Source: a candidate division WOR-3 bacterium (GTDB lineage Bacteria > Hydrothermota > Hydrothermia > LBFQ01). From it: 64,000 nucleotides of DNA. Under the pieces are notes generated by a model that worked only from the letters and a program-made list of their open reading frames with translations, made no database searches and had not been told where the DNA came from. Both the position numbers and the translations under genes were made by a program. Of this stretch, positions 38,486 to 46,726 are shown piece after piece; positions within the stretch are counted from its first letter, which is position 1; every line of letters starts with the position of its first letter. The stretch covers positions 11,146 through 75,145 of the forward strand of contig JALWYV010000042.1 of NCBI GenBank assembly GCA_027003075.1, read 5' to 3'.

Positions 38486-39525
38486 AGGTACCTCCCGGCT
38501 ATGGTTTCGTAGGGGAAGGCCGTTGCCCTCAGGTTTTTGAGCTGGGCCTCAATGTAAGCGAACGTCCTTATAAGGTTAGCGTACAGGGTGGGATCCTCCT
38601 CCTTTATCTGAGACAGGGGCTTGCCGTCCAGTTCGTACTCCATGAGACGGTTGTAGAAGCGTGCTATCTCGGTGTAGTTACTCGGTTTTGGGACTCCCTC
38701 GGGACGGAATATGGGACCGGGCTCGTATTCCTCCCCCCTGTACTCCTCGGGAGGATAGAAAACGTAAGCGTTACGGGAGGACGGATGTAAGAAACGACTG
38801 AGGAACTCGTGTAGGGCCTTCAGTCTGCCCCACGAATAGGCGAGGGCGTAGATGAAAAGAGCACCCTTCACGGTCATAAAGTTCAGAAAGGCCAGGGTAG
38901 AGTTGTACCGGAAGTAAGGGGAGGGCAGTGTCCGGGGAAGGTTCCTGTAATCGGCGGAGGAAATAGGTACCCTGTAACTCCTCATTATACCCACCTCCTT
39001 CGCTTTAGGGCCGAGATCCACCTCGTGGGCGTACCTGGTCAGGAGGGTGTCAAGGTTTTTGAAGGCAACGACGGGGATAAAGAGCTCGTACACCTCGTTG
39101 CGGTATCCCTCTATGTGTACGTCGGAGATCTCAAGTTCCTGAAGTTTTCGCAAGTACTCGTCGGGGTCCGTAACCCCCTCAACTGCCATACGCTCGTCAA
39201 GGGAAAGGGCTGCCACCGGATGAAAGAGGGCGAAGTTTATACCTTCGTATTCAAAGGTGTACGCGAGTCTCCTCTCAAATGGAATTACCTCCACCATGGT
39301 GTAATAAACCGTCCCCTCCCTGTCAACGAACCCAAGATCCACGAGGCCGTGGACGTCAACTAACTTATACTTACCCTCCTTCAGGGCGCGATATAGGCCG
39401 GCGTGGAAGGTCGGATATTTGTCTGGATCTATGTTATCCAGAACGTTAAGGTTATCCGTGTAGCCCCGAATACCGAAGTCCAGAAGCGCCTTACCTATCT
39501 TAATGGCCACATCGGTTTTGGACAT
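38482..39525 (-). CDS. hypothetical protein, no recognisable domain, co-transcribed with lpxA
   Basis: The stop overlaps the lpxA start by 4 nt. Start moved to ATG 39525 (MSKTDVAIKIG...) because TAGAAT (plus coords 39533-39538) lies 7 nt upstream. Confidence 0.55.
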   Translation of the reverse strand: MSKTDVAIKIGKALLDFGIRGYTDNLNVLDNIDPDKYPTFHAGLYRALKEGKYKLVDVHGLVDLGFVDREGTVYYTMVEVIPFERRLAYTFEYEGINFALFHPVAALSLDERMAVEGVTDPDEYLRKLQELEISDVHIEGYRNEVYELFIPVVAFKNLDTLLTRYAHEVDLGPKAKEVGIMRSYRVPISSADYRNLPRTLPSPYFRYNSTLAFLNFMTVKGALFIYALAYSWGRLKALHEFLSRFLHPSSRNAYVFYPPEEYRGEEYEPGPIFRPEGVPKPSNYTEIARFYNRLMEYELDGKPLSQIKEEDPTLYANLIRTFAYIEAQLKNLRATAFPYETIAGRYL

Positions 39526-39763
39526 GTCGCCTATTCTACGGTGGGAGAGTGGAAACAAATTTTAACCTTTGGTCTAAGGGTCTAACCTTACCATAACTTT
39601 AAACGTTTCCCCCGACCCCTCATAAACTTTCGCAAAGTACGAACTCGCAGGAAAGGAAAATTTACCCTTGTTCCTGAAATCAGTCTGTATCCTGCAGAAT
39701 ACTCCTTCCCGTACTCCGGAACGCCACCCCTTACAACAACCCTCTCCCTTAAATTTCCCACCT

Positions 39764-41305
39764 ATGAGCATAGAGGAGAAACTGAGGCAGCTCAAAGAGA
39801 TGAAGAAAAAAGTCTACGAGGGTGGGGGACCTGAGAGGATAAAACGTCAGCACGATAAAGGGAAACTAACAGCGAGGGAGAGGATAGATTACCTTCTGGA
39901 CGAAGGTTCCTTTATGGAGATAGGTGTATTCGTAACCCACCGCAATCCTGACCTCAAGCAGAAGTACTACGGCGACGGCGTCGTCGCCGGCTTTGGCACC
40001 ATAGACGGGAGACCGGTCGGCATCTTCGCCCACGACTTCACCGTAATCGGTGGCACCATATCCGAAAGCAACGCAAAGAAGATAGTGCAGGTAATGGACA
40101 CGGCTATGCGGGTGGGGGTACCCGTAATAGGGCTGAACGACTCCGGTGGAGCACGGATACAGGACGGTGTGGCCTCCCTCGGTGGGTACGCCGAAATATT
40201 TCTGCGGAACGTCCTCGCCTCCGGAGTTATCCCCCAGATCTCTGCTATACTCGGACCATCGGCCGGTGGTGCCGTTTACAGCCCTGCCATAACCGACTTC
40301 ATTTTCATGAGACGTGGGCCGAGCTACATGTTCATAACCGGACCTGAGGTGGTGAAGGCCGTGACCCATGAGGACGTTACACCCGAAGAGCTGGGAGGTG
40401 CCGACGTCCACGCTGAGAAGTCGGGGGTGGCCCACTTCGTATACGACAGCGAGGCCGAAGTTTTTGAGGGGATAAGGAAACTCCTCTCCTACCTACCCTC
40501 CAACAACGCCGAAGATCCGCCCTACGTACCCACGGACGACCCCGAAGACCGGGAGGACCCCGACCTCAACTACATAGTGCCGGCGGACCCCTACCAGGGT
40601 TACGATATGAAGGACGTTATACGCAGGATAGTGGACAACGGGGAGTTCTTTGAGGTACACGAGAACTTCGCTCCCAACATCGTAGTGGGTTTCGCCCGTC
40701 TCGGCGGTTTTCCCGTCGGGATAGTCGCCCAGCAACCCCTCCATCTGGCCGGTGCGTTAGACATAAACGCCTCGGTGAAGGCTGCCCGCTTCGTACGGTT
40801 CTGCGATGCCTTCAACATCCCCATAATAACCTTTGAGGACATCCCCGGTTTCATGCCCGGAGTTGAGCAGGAACATGGGGGGATAATCAGGCACGGGGCA
40901 AAGCTCCTCTTCGCCTACGCGGAGGCCACCGTGCCAAAGATAACCGTTGTGGTGCGTAAGTCCTACGGCGGGGCCTACTGCGTCCTCGGATCAAAGCAGG
41001 TGAGGGCGGACCTCAACTACGCCTGGCCGACGGCGGAGTTCGCCGTAATGGGGCCTGAAGGGGCCGTAAAGATACTCTACAAGAAGGAGATAGCCAGGGC
41101 CGAGAACCCGCAGGAGCTGATAGACCGCCTGACGAGGGAGTACAGGGAGAAGTTCGCCAACCCGTATTACGCCGCCTCCCTCGGATACATAGATGACGTT
41201 ATTGAACCGGCCAAGACCCGTCAGGTCCTGATAAAAGGTCTCCGTCTCCTGAGGAACAAGCGCCAGACCCTCCCGCCCAAGAAGCACAGTAACATACCGC
41301 TATGA
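39764..41305 (+). CDS. acyl-CoA carboxyltransferase (propionyl-CoA carboxylase beta / methylmalonyl-CoA decarboxylase alpha family)
   Basis: MSIEEKLRQLKE...GGGPERIKRQHDKGKLTARERIDYLLDEGSF N-terminus, DSGGARIQDG, and two crotonase-like halves. Start ATG 39764 is preceded by TAAATT (39750-39755). Confidence 0.9.
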   Translation: MSIEEKLRQLKEMKKKVYEGGGPERIKRQHDKGKLTARERIDYLLDEGSFMEIGVFVTHRNPDLKQKYYGDGVVAGFGTIDGRPVGIFAHDFTVIGGTISESNAKKIVQVMDTAMRVGVPVIGLNDSGGARIQDGVASLGGYAEIFLRNVLASGVIPQISAILGPSAGGAVYSPAITDFIFMRRGPSYMFITGPEVVKAVTHEDVTPEELGGADVHAEKSGVAHFVYDSEAEVFEGIRKLLSYLPSNNAEDPPYVPTDDPEDREDPDLNYIVPADPYQGYDMKDVIRRIVDNGEFFEVHENFAPNIVVGFARLGGFPVGIVAQQPLHLAGALDINASVKAARFVRFCDAFNIPIITFEDIPGFMPGVEQEHGGIIRHGAKLLFAYAEATVPKITVVVRKSYGGAYCVLGSKQVRADLNYAWPTAEFAVMGPEGAVKILYKKEIARAENPQELIDRLTREYREKFANPYYAASLGYIDDVIEPAKTRQVLIKGLRLLRNKRQTLPPKKHSNIPL

Positions 41306-41937
41306 GGTACCGCGTAGGACCTTCCGTAATAGCCGCCAACTGGACGGTATGCTATGAGGAATTGGAGAGGGCGAAGGAGGGGGACTTCATCCACGTGGAC
41401 GTGATGGACGGCCACTTCGTCCCCAACCTCACCCTTGGCCCGGACCTGGCCAGAGCCATATACGAGAGGACGGGGAAACCTCTGGACGTACACCTGATGC
41501 TGACCCACCCCGATCGCTACGTTCACCGCTTCTTCCTTCCCGGAGTCTTCCGTATAACCGTCCATTACGAGAGTTCGGCTTTCCTATCCTCCACCCTCCG
41601 CAGGATACGCGAGGTGGGTCTAAAGGCGGGGATCGCAATTTCACCGGATACACCCGTCTCCCGCCTCCTGAAGTTGTTAGATAAGGTGGATCAGGTCCTC
41701 GTTATGACCGTTTACCCCGGCTTCGCCGGTCAGAGGATGCTGGAATGGGTACTTCCCAAGGTCTCCGAACTGGACAGGATGAGGAGAGAGAGGGATCTGA
41801 ACTTCACCATAACGGTTGACGGTGGGGTTAAGTGGGAAAATTTACGCAAGATCGGGCCGGCCGACGAGGTGATCATGGGGGCAGCCTTCTTCAGAGGTCG
41901 CAAACCTGCTGGAACGGACCCCGGTTCTCCTCTATAA
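41302..41937 (+). CDS. rpe: ribulose-phosphate 3-epimerase
   Basis: PSVIAANW, HVDVMDGHFVPNLTLGP, LDVHLM, VMTVYPGFAGQ motifs. Confidence 0.9.
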   Translation: MRYRVGPSVIAANWTVCYEELERAKEGDFIHVDVMDGHFVPNLTLGPDLARAIYERTGKPLDVHLMLTHPDRYVHRFFLPGVFRITVHYESSAFLSSTLRRIREVGLKAGIAISPDTPVSRLLKLLDKVDQVLVMTVYPGFAGQRMLEWVLPKVSELDRMRRERDLNFTITVDGGVKWENLRKIGPADEVIMGAAFFRGRKPAGTDPGSPL

Positions 41938-41938
41938 T
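41933..41938 (+). promoter_or_regulatory. candidate -10 box (TATAAT) for the micro-ORF unit
   Basis: TATAAT overlaps the rpe stop codon. It is followed by SD AAAGGAGGT (41947-41955) and ATG 41961. Confidence 0.4.
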
Positions 41939-41960
41939 ACCCGTATAAAGGAGGTAGAGC

Positions 41961-42071
41961 ATGAACAAGGAAAGGCGCGTTCCTCGCATTTCCCAGCGTA
42001 AGCCTTATCAAAAGCCGAGGGTGCTTGGCAGGACGTCTTCCCGTGGGGGAAGCATTCTCATAACCTACTGA
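41961..42071 (+). CDS. candidate 36-aa highly basic micro-protein
   Basis: ATG lies 6 nt after GGAGG. The product is MNKERRVPRISQRKPYQKPRVLGRTSSRGGSILITY*. A GC-rich hairpin terminator follows. The ORF is too short for the six-frame track. Confidence 0.35.
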   Translation: MNKERRVPRISQRKPYQKPRVLGRTSSRGGSILITY

Positions 42072-42084
42072 AGAGGTGAAAAAT

Positions 42085-42119
42085 CCCCACCCCTGAGATA
42101 ACGGGGTGGGGGGTGTTTT
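42085..42119 (+). terminator. intrinsic terminator-like hairpin
   Basis: ccccacccc (42085-42093) pairs with ggggtgggg (42103-42111) around a 9-nt loop, followed by ggtgtttt. Confidence 0.55.
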
Positions 42120-42123
42120 GGTG

Positions 42124-43239
42124 ATGAGTAAAAAAAGGTTGTTGTTTTTTGATTATCTGAAAGGACTATTCGTGATATGGATGATCCCGACCCATACCCT
42201 TGACGGTTTGATAATCCCGTCCATAAAGTCCACACCCCTGTACCACTCCGTCGCCTTCTTTAACGGTCTCGTGGCCCCCGCCTTCCTCGTCTCCTCCGGA
42301 TTCCTGGCCGTATACACCTACAACGACGCCAAATTCTGGCGAAGGCTGAGAAGGGGCATAGAGTTGATGGCCTTCGGTTATGCCACGCAATTACCCACAA
42401 AATCCCTTATGCTTCTCGTCATTTTCTCCATCCTGTTCGTGACCTCCTCTCTCGGTATCACCCTGAACCTTCCGTTTATAAAGGGGGGGTTCCCTCCCGA
42501 ATGGTTCGTGAACGGTCTCCACATCTTCAAAAGGGTGGAGATACTTATAAGCATAGGTTCCGGAGTACTCGTAATAACCTCCGTCCTGAGGCTCGTTAAA
42601 TCCCCCATGGTGAGGATGGGGATATTCCTCTTCCTGACGGCGTTGTTCTGGCTCTCTACCCAGTGGGTGTGGGAGTGGGGAAAGAGCCTCCCCATGTTCC
42701 TAGCACCGTACTTCACGCGGGAGGGTTCCCTTTTCCCCGTATTTCCCTACTGGGGGTACATGTTCTTCGGCTCCGCCCTCGGTAGCTCCTACTTCGTGGA
42801 CAGGCGTATAACCTTCGGTCTTATGGCCGCAGTGTCCTTAGCAGTTGCCCTTACCGTTTTCGTACCCTACCCCCCTTCTGAGGGACACGTGTACAACATT
42901 CTGGTACGGGTGGGGACCCTTATGCTCATCCTCTTCGCCCTCATAGCGGCCGAAAACTTCGGGTTTCACTCAGAGTTTCTGGCCATGCTCGGAAGGAACT
43001 CCCTCATGTCCTACGCCTTCCATAACGCCATAGTTTACGGCTCGCCCTTTACCGCTCCTCTGACTCGCTTTTACGGTCACAGGGGATGGGTGGACTCTCT
43101 CATCGTAGGTGGGATGATATTCCTCGTAACTGCCACCTTCGTTTACACGTGGGAGATGTTGAGGAATCGGTACGGTCAGAAACTATCCCGGAGTGTCTGG
43201 AAGTTCTTTGCTATGGTATTTGCATTAAATCCGTGGTAG
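42124..43239 (+). CDS. polytopic membrane protein, DUF1624/acyltransferase-3-like
   Basis: N-terminus is MSKKRLLFFDYLKGLFVIWMI (the F-D-x-L-K-G motif typical of heparan-alpha-glucosaminide N-acetyltransferase-like/OpgC-like proteins), with about ten TM segments. ATG 42124 is preferred because the track start at 42106 lies inside the hairpin. Confidence 0.5.
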   Translation: MSKKRLLFFDYLKGLFVIWMIPTHTLDGLIIPSIKSTPLYHSVAFFNGLVAPAFLVSSGFLAVYTYNDAKFWRRLRRGIELMAFGYATQLPTKSLMLLVIFSILFVTSSLGITLNLPFIKGGFPPEWFVNGLHIFKRVEILISIGSGVLVITSVLRLVKSPMVRMGIFLFLTALFWLSTQWVWEWGKSLPMFLAPYFTREGSLFPVFPYWGYMFFGSALGSSYFVDRRITFGLMAAVSLAVALTVFVPYPPSEGHVYNILVRVGTLMLILFALIAAENFGFHSEFLAMLGRNSLMSYAFHNAIVYGSPFTAPLTRFYGHRGWVDSLIVGGMIFLVTATFVYTWEMLRNRYGQKLSRSVWKFFAMVFALNPW

Positions 43240-43275
43240 TTGAAATATCCTTCAACTCTCCCTTAAAATAACCGA

Positions 43276-43821
43276 GTGGCCGGGGAGGGAATTCAAAAAA
43301 CGAAAGATAAAAGATTAAACAAAAAGTTATACGGAATATCCATATTAATCGGTATTACAGTTGTTATTATCTGGCTTGCAAATGTCATATGTGTAATACT
43401 ATCGGGCTGGATATGTGGGGATTTACCTACCCTTAAATGTGAAGACTTCTTCAGCATTATGTGCGATAAAATTCCAACACTTATAGTACATGGATTATCG
43501 TTGTTTATATCTTCTTTTGCTATATCTATGTTTTTAGGAAGAAAATTAGGCAGTAATGATATTACCGAGGAAATATACAAACATAAAATATCAAATCAAA
43601 AAAGCACAGATGAGATTATAAAGGTTAAAACAACCTATAAGTATAAGATTCCCGGTCTTCCCTTCAGCGACGGCTTCATAATCTTCCTCCTGCTGGTTGG
43701 CATTATTTACTACGCCCTTACCCCTCCGCCCACTAAAGATAAAGATTTTCTTTCGTTCGCCATTACTCAGGCCTTTATGCTCGTCTTCAGCGCCCATCTC
43801 ATCTTGAAGAGTATGCGGTAG
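43276..43821 (+). CDS. small membrane protein, paralog A (AT-rich 5' two-thirds)
   Basis: GTG start 6 nt after TAAAAT (43264-43269). Four hydrophobic segments. The C-terminal ~53 aa are homologous to paralog B. Confidence 0.5.
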   Translation: MAGEGIQKTKDKRLNKKLYGISILIGITVVIIWLANVICVILSGWICGDLPTLKCEDFFSIMCDKIPTLIVHGLSLFISSFAISMFLGRKLGSNDITEEIYKHKISNQKSTDEIIKVKTTYKYKIPGLPFSDGFIIFLLLVGIIYYALTPPPTKDKDFLSFAITQAFMLVFSAHLILKSMR

Positions 43822-43850
43822 CACGCGGGTACGTTTCACCCTTACAATAT
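43661..43850 (+). repeat. direct repeat, copy 1 (3' end of paralog A plus the downstream promoter-like flank)
   Basis: Aligns with 44150-44333 with a 6-nt indel. The last 37 nt (43814-43850) match 44297-44333 at 36 of 37 positions; the one difference gives TACAAT versus TATAAT. Confidence 0.8.
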
Positions 43851-44304
43851 GCACGGTAAAATGAAAATGGAAGAATCAGCAGACCTTCAGCCTTCGGGGA
43901 CAAAGGAAAAGGAGGAAAAGAAAGGGTGGATCCGGAAACTTATCTCTACTAAGAGCATTATTATCGGAATATCTGTCATAGGGGTAATCGCGGTGTTCAT
44001 ATGGTCGCTAACGGTACCGGAGATGGAAAGGCCACTGATACGCCCCATGCAGATACAGGTATTCTCAACGGGCTTATCGGTCCTCGCGGTCCTCGTTTAT
44101 ATTGCCCGAAAGGTCCTTGTGAAAGACGATGAAAGACCTTCTGCCTTTTCCTTCAGCGACGGTTTTGCCATCTTTGTCCTCCTGGTCGGGGTCATATACT
44201 ACCTTCTGACGCTCCCGCTTGATGGGGGTTTAATACCGTTCGTCATCACTCAGGCCCTTATGCTCGTTCTTAGCACACATCTCATCCTGAAGAGCCTGCG
44301 GTAG
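43849..44304 (+). CDS. small membrane protein, paralog B
   Basis: Same architecture as paralog A. The C-terminus SFSDGFAIFVLLVGVIYYLLT...ITQALMLVLSTHLILKSLR aligns with PFSDGFIIFLLLVGIIYYALT...ITQAFMLVFSAHLILKSMR. The start may be ATG 43861. Confidence 0.5.
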   Translation: MHGKMKMEESADLQPSGTKEKEEKKGWIRKLISTKSIIIGISVIGVIAVFIWSLTVPEMERPLIRPMQIQVFSTGLSVLAVLVYIARKVLVKDDERPSAFSFSDGFAIFVLLVGVIYYLLTLPLDGGLIPFVITQALMLVLSTHLILKSLR

Positions 44305-44333
44305 CACGCGGGTACGTTTCACCCTTATAATAT
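44150..44333 (+). repeat. direct repeat, copy 2 (3' end of paralog B plus the tRNA-fMet promoter)
   Basis: See copy 1. Confidence 0.8.
44326..44331 (+). promoter_or_regulatory. -10 box (TATAAT) of the initiator tRNA gene
   Basis: TATAAT ends 13 nt upstream of tRNA position 1 (44345). Confidence 0.55.
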
Positions 44334-44344
44334 ACGCCTCAGAT

Positions 44345-44418
44345 CGCGGGGTGGAGCAGCCAGGAAGCTCGCCGGGCTCATAACCCGGAGGTCGCGGGTT
44401 CAAATCCCGCCCCCGCAA
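44345..44418 (+). tRNA. initiator tRNA-Met (anticodon CAT)
   Basis: A 74-nt cloverleaf folded by hand. The acceptor 5' arm CGCGGGG against CCCCGCA gives the C1:A72 mismatch. There are three G:C pairs at the base of the anticodon stem (GGG/CCC). CAT lies at 44379-44381, the T-loop is TTCAAAT, no CCA is encoded, and a T-run follows. Confidence 0.9.
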
Positions 44419-44427
44419 TTTTTTTGT

Positions 44428-45153
44428 TTATACGTCCCTCCAGTCGTCCCCGTAATCTTCCGTATGGGTTTCACCTTCCCCTTCCACCTCCTCGCCCGGT
44501 AGGGGTTTGTTTAGCAGGTAAACCATAACGGAGGAAATTGCTATCAGCGAAATCATCATCCACAACGTACCCCATAGGCGGGGAGATCCCCCCACCCTCT
44601 CCGATAGCAGCCCGGCGTCGCTTAAGTAAGCGTTGGACAGAAATACGTCGGTGAACACATCGTACGGAGCGTACAACATCACGGAGAGGCCGAGGAAACG
44701 GAGGACGAGGTCGTTAATCTCCGATGGCAGAAATAGAGCCATGCCGAGGAGGAGGGAGCCGACAATGAGACAGAAGAGTACCGTGAAGAGGGTATCTCCG
44801 AAGGCGAAGCCTATGAAGACGACGATGAGACCCAACACCCCCGCCACGAGACGGTCAAACTTCGTCCTGTCGGAGAGGGCGAGTATGACGATCCCGCTCA
44901 GGAGAGAGCCGAGGTATCCGGCGGTCCCTACGAGGAAGGCGTTCCCCCCCTCCGTAATCACGTGTCCTCCTTCCTGAGGTACGAGTACGAACTCCTTCAC
45001 CCTGCCCCCCGTAGAGAGGGATGCGAGGAGATGCCATAGCTCGTGGAAGAAGACGGCGAGCATCCTCACGGGGTAGAGTATCCCCGTGTTCCACAGAAAA
45101 ACCGTTATGAGTAACAGGCTTACGTAAAAGAGCGCCCGTTTACTCTTAGGCAT
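44428..45153 (-). CDS. peptidase M50B-like membrane protein
   Basis: FFHELWHLLASLSTGGRVKEF (an HExxH followed by GG) plus six hydrophobic segments. Starts directly after the upstream lyase gene stop. Confidence 0.55.
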   Translation of the reverse strand: MPKSKRALFYVSLLLITVFLWNTGILYPVRMLAVFFHELWHLLASLSTGGRVKEFVLVPQEGGHVITEGGNAFLVGTAGYLGSLLSGIVILALSDRTKFDRLVAGVLGLIVVFIGFAFGDTLFTVLFCLIVGSLLLGMALFLPSEINDLVLRFLGLSVMLYAPYDVFTDVFLSNAYLSDAGLLSERVGGSPRLWGTLWMMISLIAISSVMVYLLNKPLPGEEVEGEGETHTEDYGDDWRDV

Positions 45154-46494
45154 TCAGGCTATTGGCTCCAGCTCCGCGAGGAAGTGACGGAGGAAAGGCG
45201 GTTCGTAGGTTATACGGTACCCTCTGAGTTTATCCCTGTCTCTGTAGATATCCTCAAGGACCTCAACCGTATAGTCAAGGTGACTCTGGAGGTACATCCT
45301 CCGCGGTATGGCAAACCTCACGAACTCGTAGCGGGCAGCATCCTTGAACATCAGGCTCCCTACCTCAACCGTCCTTATCCCTCCCCTCCGGTAGAGCTCC
45401 ACAACGAGGGAGTGGGCGGGAAACTGTTCGCGGGGGATGTGAGACAGGGCATTACGTACCTCAACGTATACGGCATGTCCTCCCGGAGGCCACATAACGT
45501 CCCATCCCGTCCCCCTTATCCTCTCCGTAATGTAAGCTACCTGTCCTGTCCTGTACTCAAGGTATCTCTCGTCAAGGGACTCCATAAGCCCGACGGCAAG
45601 GCTCTCCATGTCCCTCCCCGAAAGTCCCCCGTAATGTATAAAACCCTCCCAGAGTATTAGAAGCTCCTTTGCTCTTAGTCTCTTCTGCGGGTCTCTCAGA
45701 ACCAGAAAACCTCCCATGTTGGAGAGTCCGTCCTTCTTTCCGCTCATGAACGCCCCGTCGCTGTGCTTGAAAGACTCAAGGACAATATCCTTAACGCTCC
45801 AGTTAGAGTACTTCGGGTTGCGCTTCTTCACGAGATAGGAGTTCTCGGATATGCGGCAGGCGTCTATTATCAGAGGTACGCCGTACTTACGGGTTATCCC
45901 GTAGGCCTCCTTCAGGTTATCCAGATCCACGGGCTGGCCGCCACCCGTGTTGTTGGTCATCACCATAACGACGAGTTTTATCCCCCCCCGCTTCAGGAGA
46001 TCTTCAAGCCGGTTCAGGTCTATGTTGCCCTTGAAAGGGTGGTCGCTGGATAGGTCCTGCGCCTCCGGTGTGGGAGCGTCGTATATCTTCGCCCCCACTG
46101 CCGTGAAGTTTCCCCTCGTGGTATCAAAGAGGGTGTTGGACACCACTCCTGCCCCCTCGTGGAGGTATAGGGATGCCAGCAACTTCTCGGCGGCACGACC
46201 CTGATGAACCGGTATGGGGTCCTCGTACCCCGTAAACTCCTCTATGGACCGCTTCAGGTGGAACCAGCTCCGCGGCCCCGCGTAAGACTCGTCGGCCTCC
46301 ATCATGGCGGCCCACTGGCTCTGGGAGAGCGCCCCGGTACCGGAGTCCGTGAGAAAGTCTATGAAAACTTTTTCCGAAGGGATTTTAAACAGGTTGTATC
46401 TGGCTTCCACGAGTAGCCTCTCCCTCTCCTCTTTCGTGGGCAGGTCTATAGGCTCTACAACCTTAACTCTGAAGGGTTCAACGGGATAACGCAT
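45154..46494 (-). CDS. beta-eliminating lyase (tryptophanase / tyrosine phenol-lyase family)
   Basis: MRYPVEPFRVKVVEPI...FIDFLTDSGTGALS...ESYAGPRSW pattern, with the PLP lysine region SGKKDGLSNMGGF. Start set to ATG 46494, which lies 7 nt downstream of TAAAAT (plus coords 46502-46507). The track start is GTG 46524. Confidence 0.85.
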   Translation of the reverse strand: MRYPVEPFRVKVVEPIDLPTKEERERLLVEARYNLFKIPSEKVFIDFLTDSGTGALSQSQWAAMMEADESYAGPRSWFHLKRSIEEFTGYEDPIPVHQGRAAEKLLASLYLHEGAGVVSNTLFDTTRGNFTAVGAKIYDAPTPEAQDLSSDHPFKGNIDLNRLEDLLKRGGIKLVVMVMTNNTGGGQPVDLDNLKEAYGITRKYGVPLIIDACRISENSYLVKKRNPKYSNWSVKDIVLESFKHSDGAFMSGKKDGLSNMGGFLVLRDPQKRLRAKELLILWEGFIHYGGLSGRDMESLAVGLMESLDERYLEYRTGQVAYITERIRGTGWDVMWPPGGHAVYVEVRNALSHIPREQFPAHSLVVELYRRGGIRTVEVGSLMFKDAARYEFVRFAIPRRMYLQSHLDYTVEVLEDIYRDRDKLRGYRITYEPPFLRHFLAELEPIA

Positions 46495-46534
46495 AGGCGG
46501 GATTTTACCCCCGAAATCGTCCACGGTACGGCCT

Positions 46535-46540
46535 TAAAAT
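46535..46540 (+). promoter_or_regulatory. -10 box (TAAAAT) of the tRNA-His gene
   Basis: TAAAAT ends 13 nt upstream of G-1 (46554). It sits back-to-back with the divergent lyase promoter. Confidence 0.5.
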
Positions 46541-46553
46541 ACCATCCTCTTAC

Positions 46554-46628
46554 GGCGGCCGTAGCTCAGGTGGTTAGAGCACCAGACTGTGGCTCTGGGG
46601 GTCGCGGGTTCAAGTCCCGTCGGCCGCC
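46554..46628 (+). tRNA. tRNA-His (anticodon GTG) with genomically encoded G-1
   Basis: Cloverleaf folded by hand. The acceptor arms are GCGGCCG and CGGCCGC, with an extra 5' G opposite discriminator C. GTG lies at 46589-46591, the T-loop is TTCAAGT, and a T-run follows. Confidence 0.9.
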
Positions 46629-46726
46629 CCTTTTTTTATTTAACCCTTTTTAAAATGTGATAGGTTTTTATCCATCTTATAGAGCGGCGTATCGTCTGTA
46701 GGTTTCCGACGTATAATAGAGGTGTC

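Noticed and set aside
39559-39763. The 205-nt intergenic region upstream of the carboxyltransferase gene as a riboswitch or ncRNA.
   Set aside because: It is explained by two divergent leaderless promoters (boxes at 39533-39538 and 39750-39755). I could find no extended conserved-looking helices or known riboswitch motifs by eye. This is not excluded without a covariance-model scan.
44230-44418. A 62-aa minus-strand ORF.
   Set aside because: It lies antisense across the initiator tRNA gene and its promoter, so it is an artefact.
44305-46726. A genomic island or prophage integrated at tRNA-fMet or tRNA-His.
   Set aside because: There is no integrase, no duplicated tRNA 3' fragment (att-like repeat) and no phage-like genes. 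The genes between the tRNAs are a metabolic lyase and a membrane peptidase with host-like composition.
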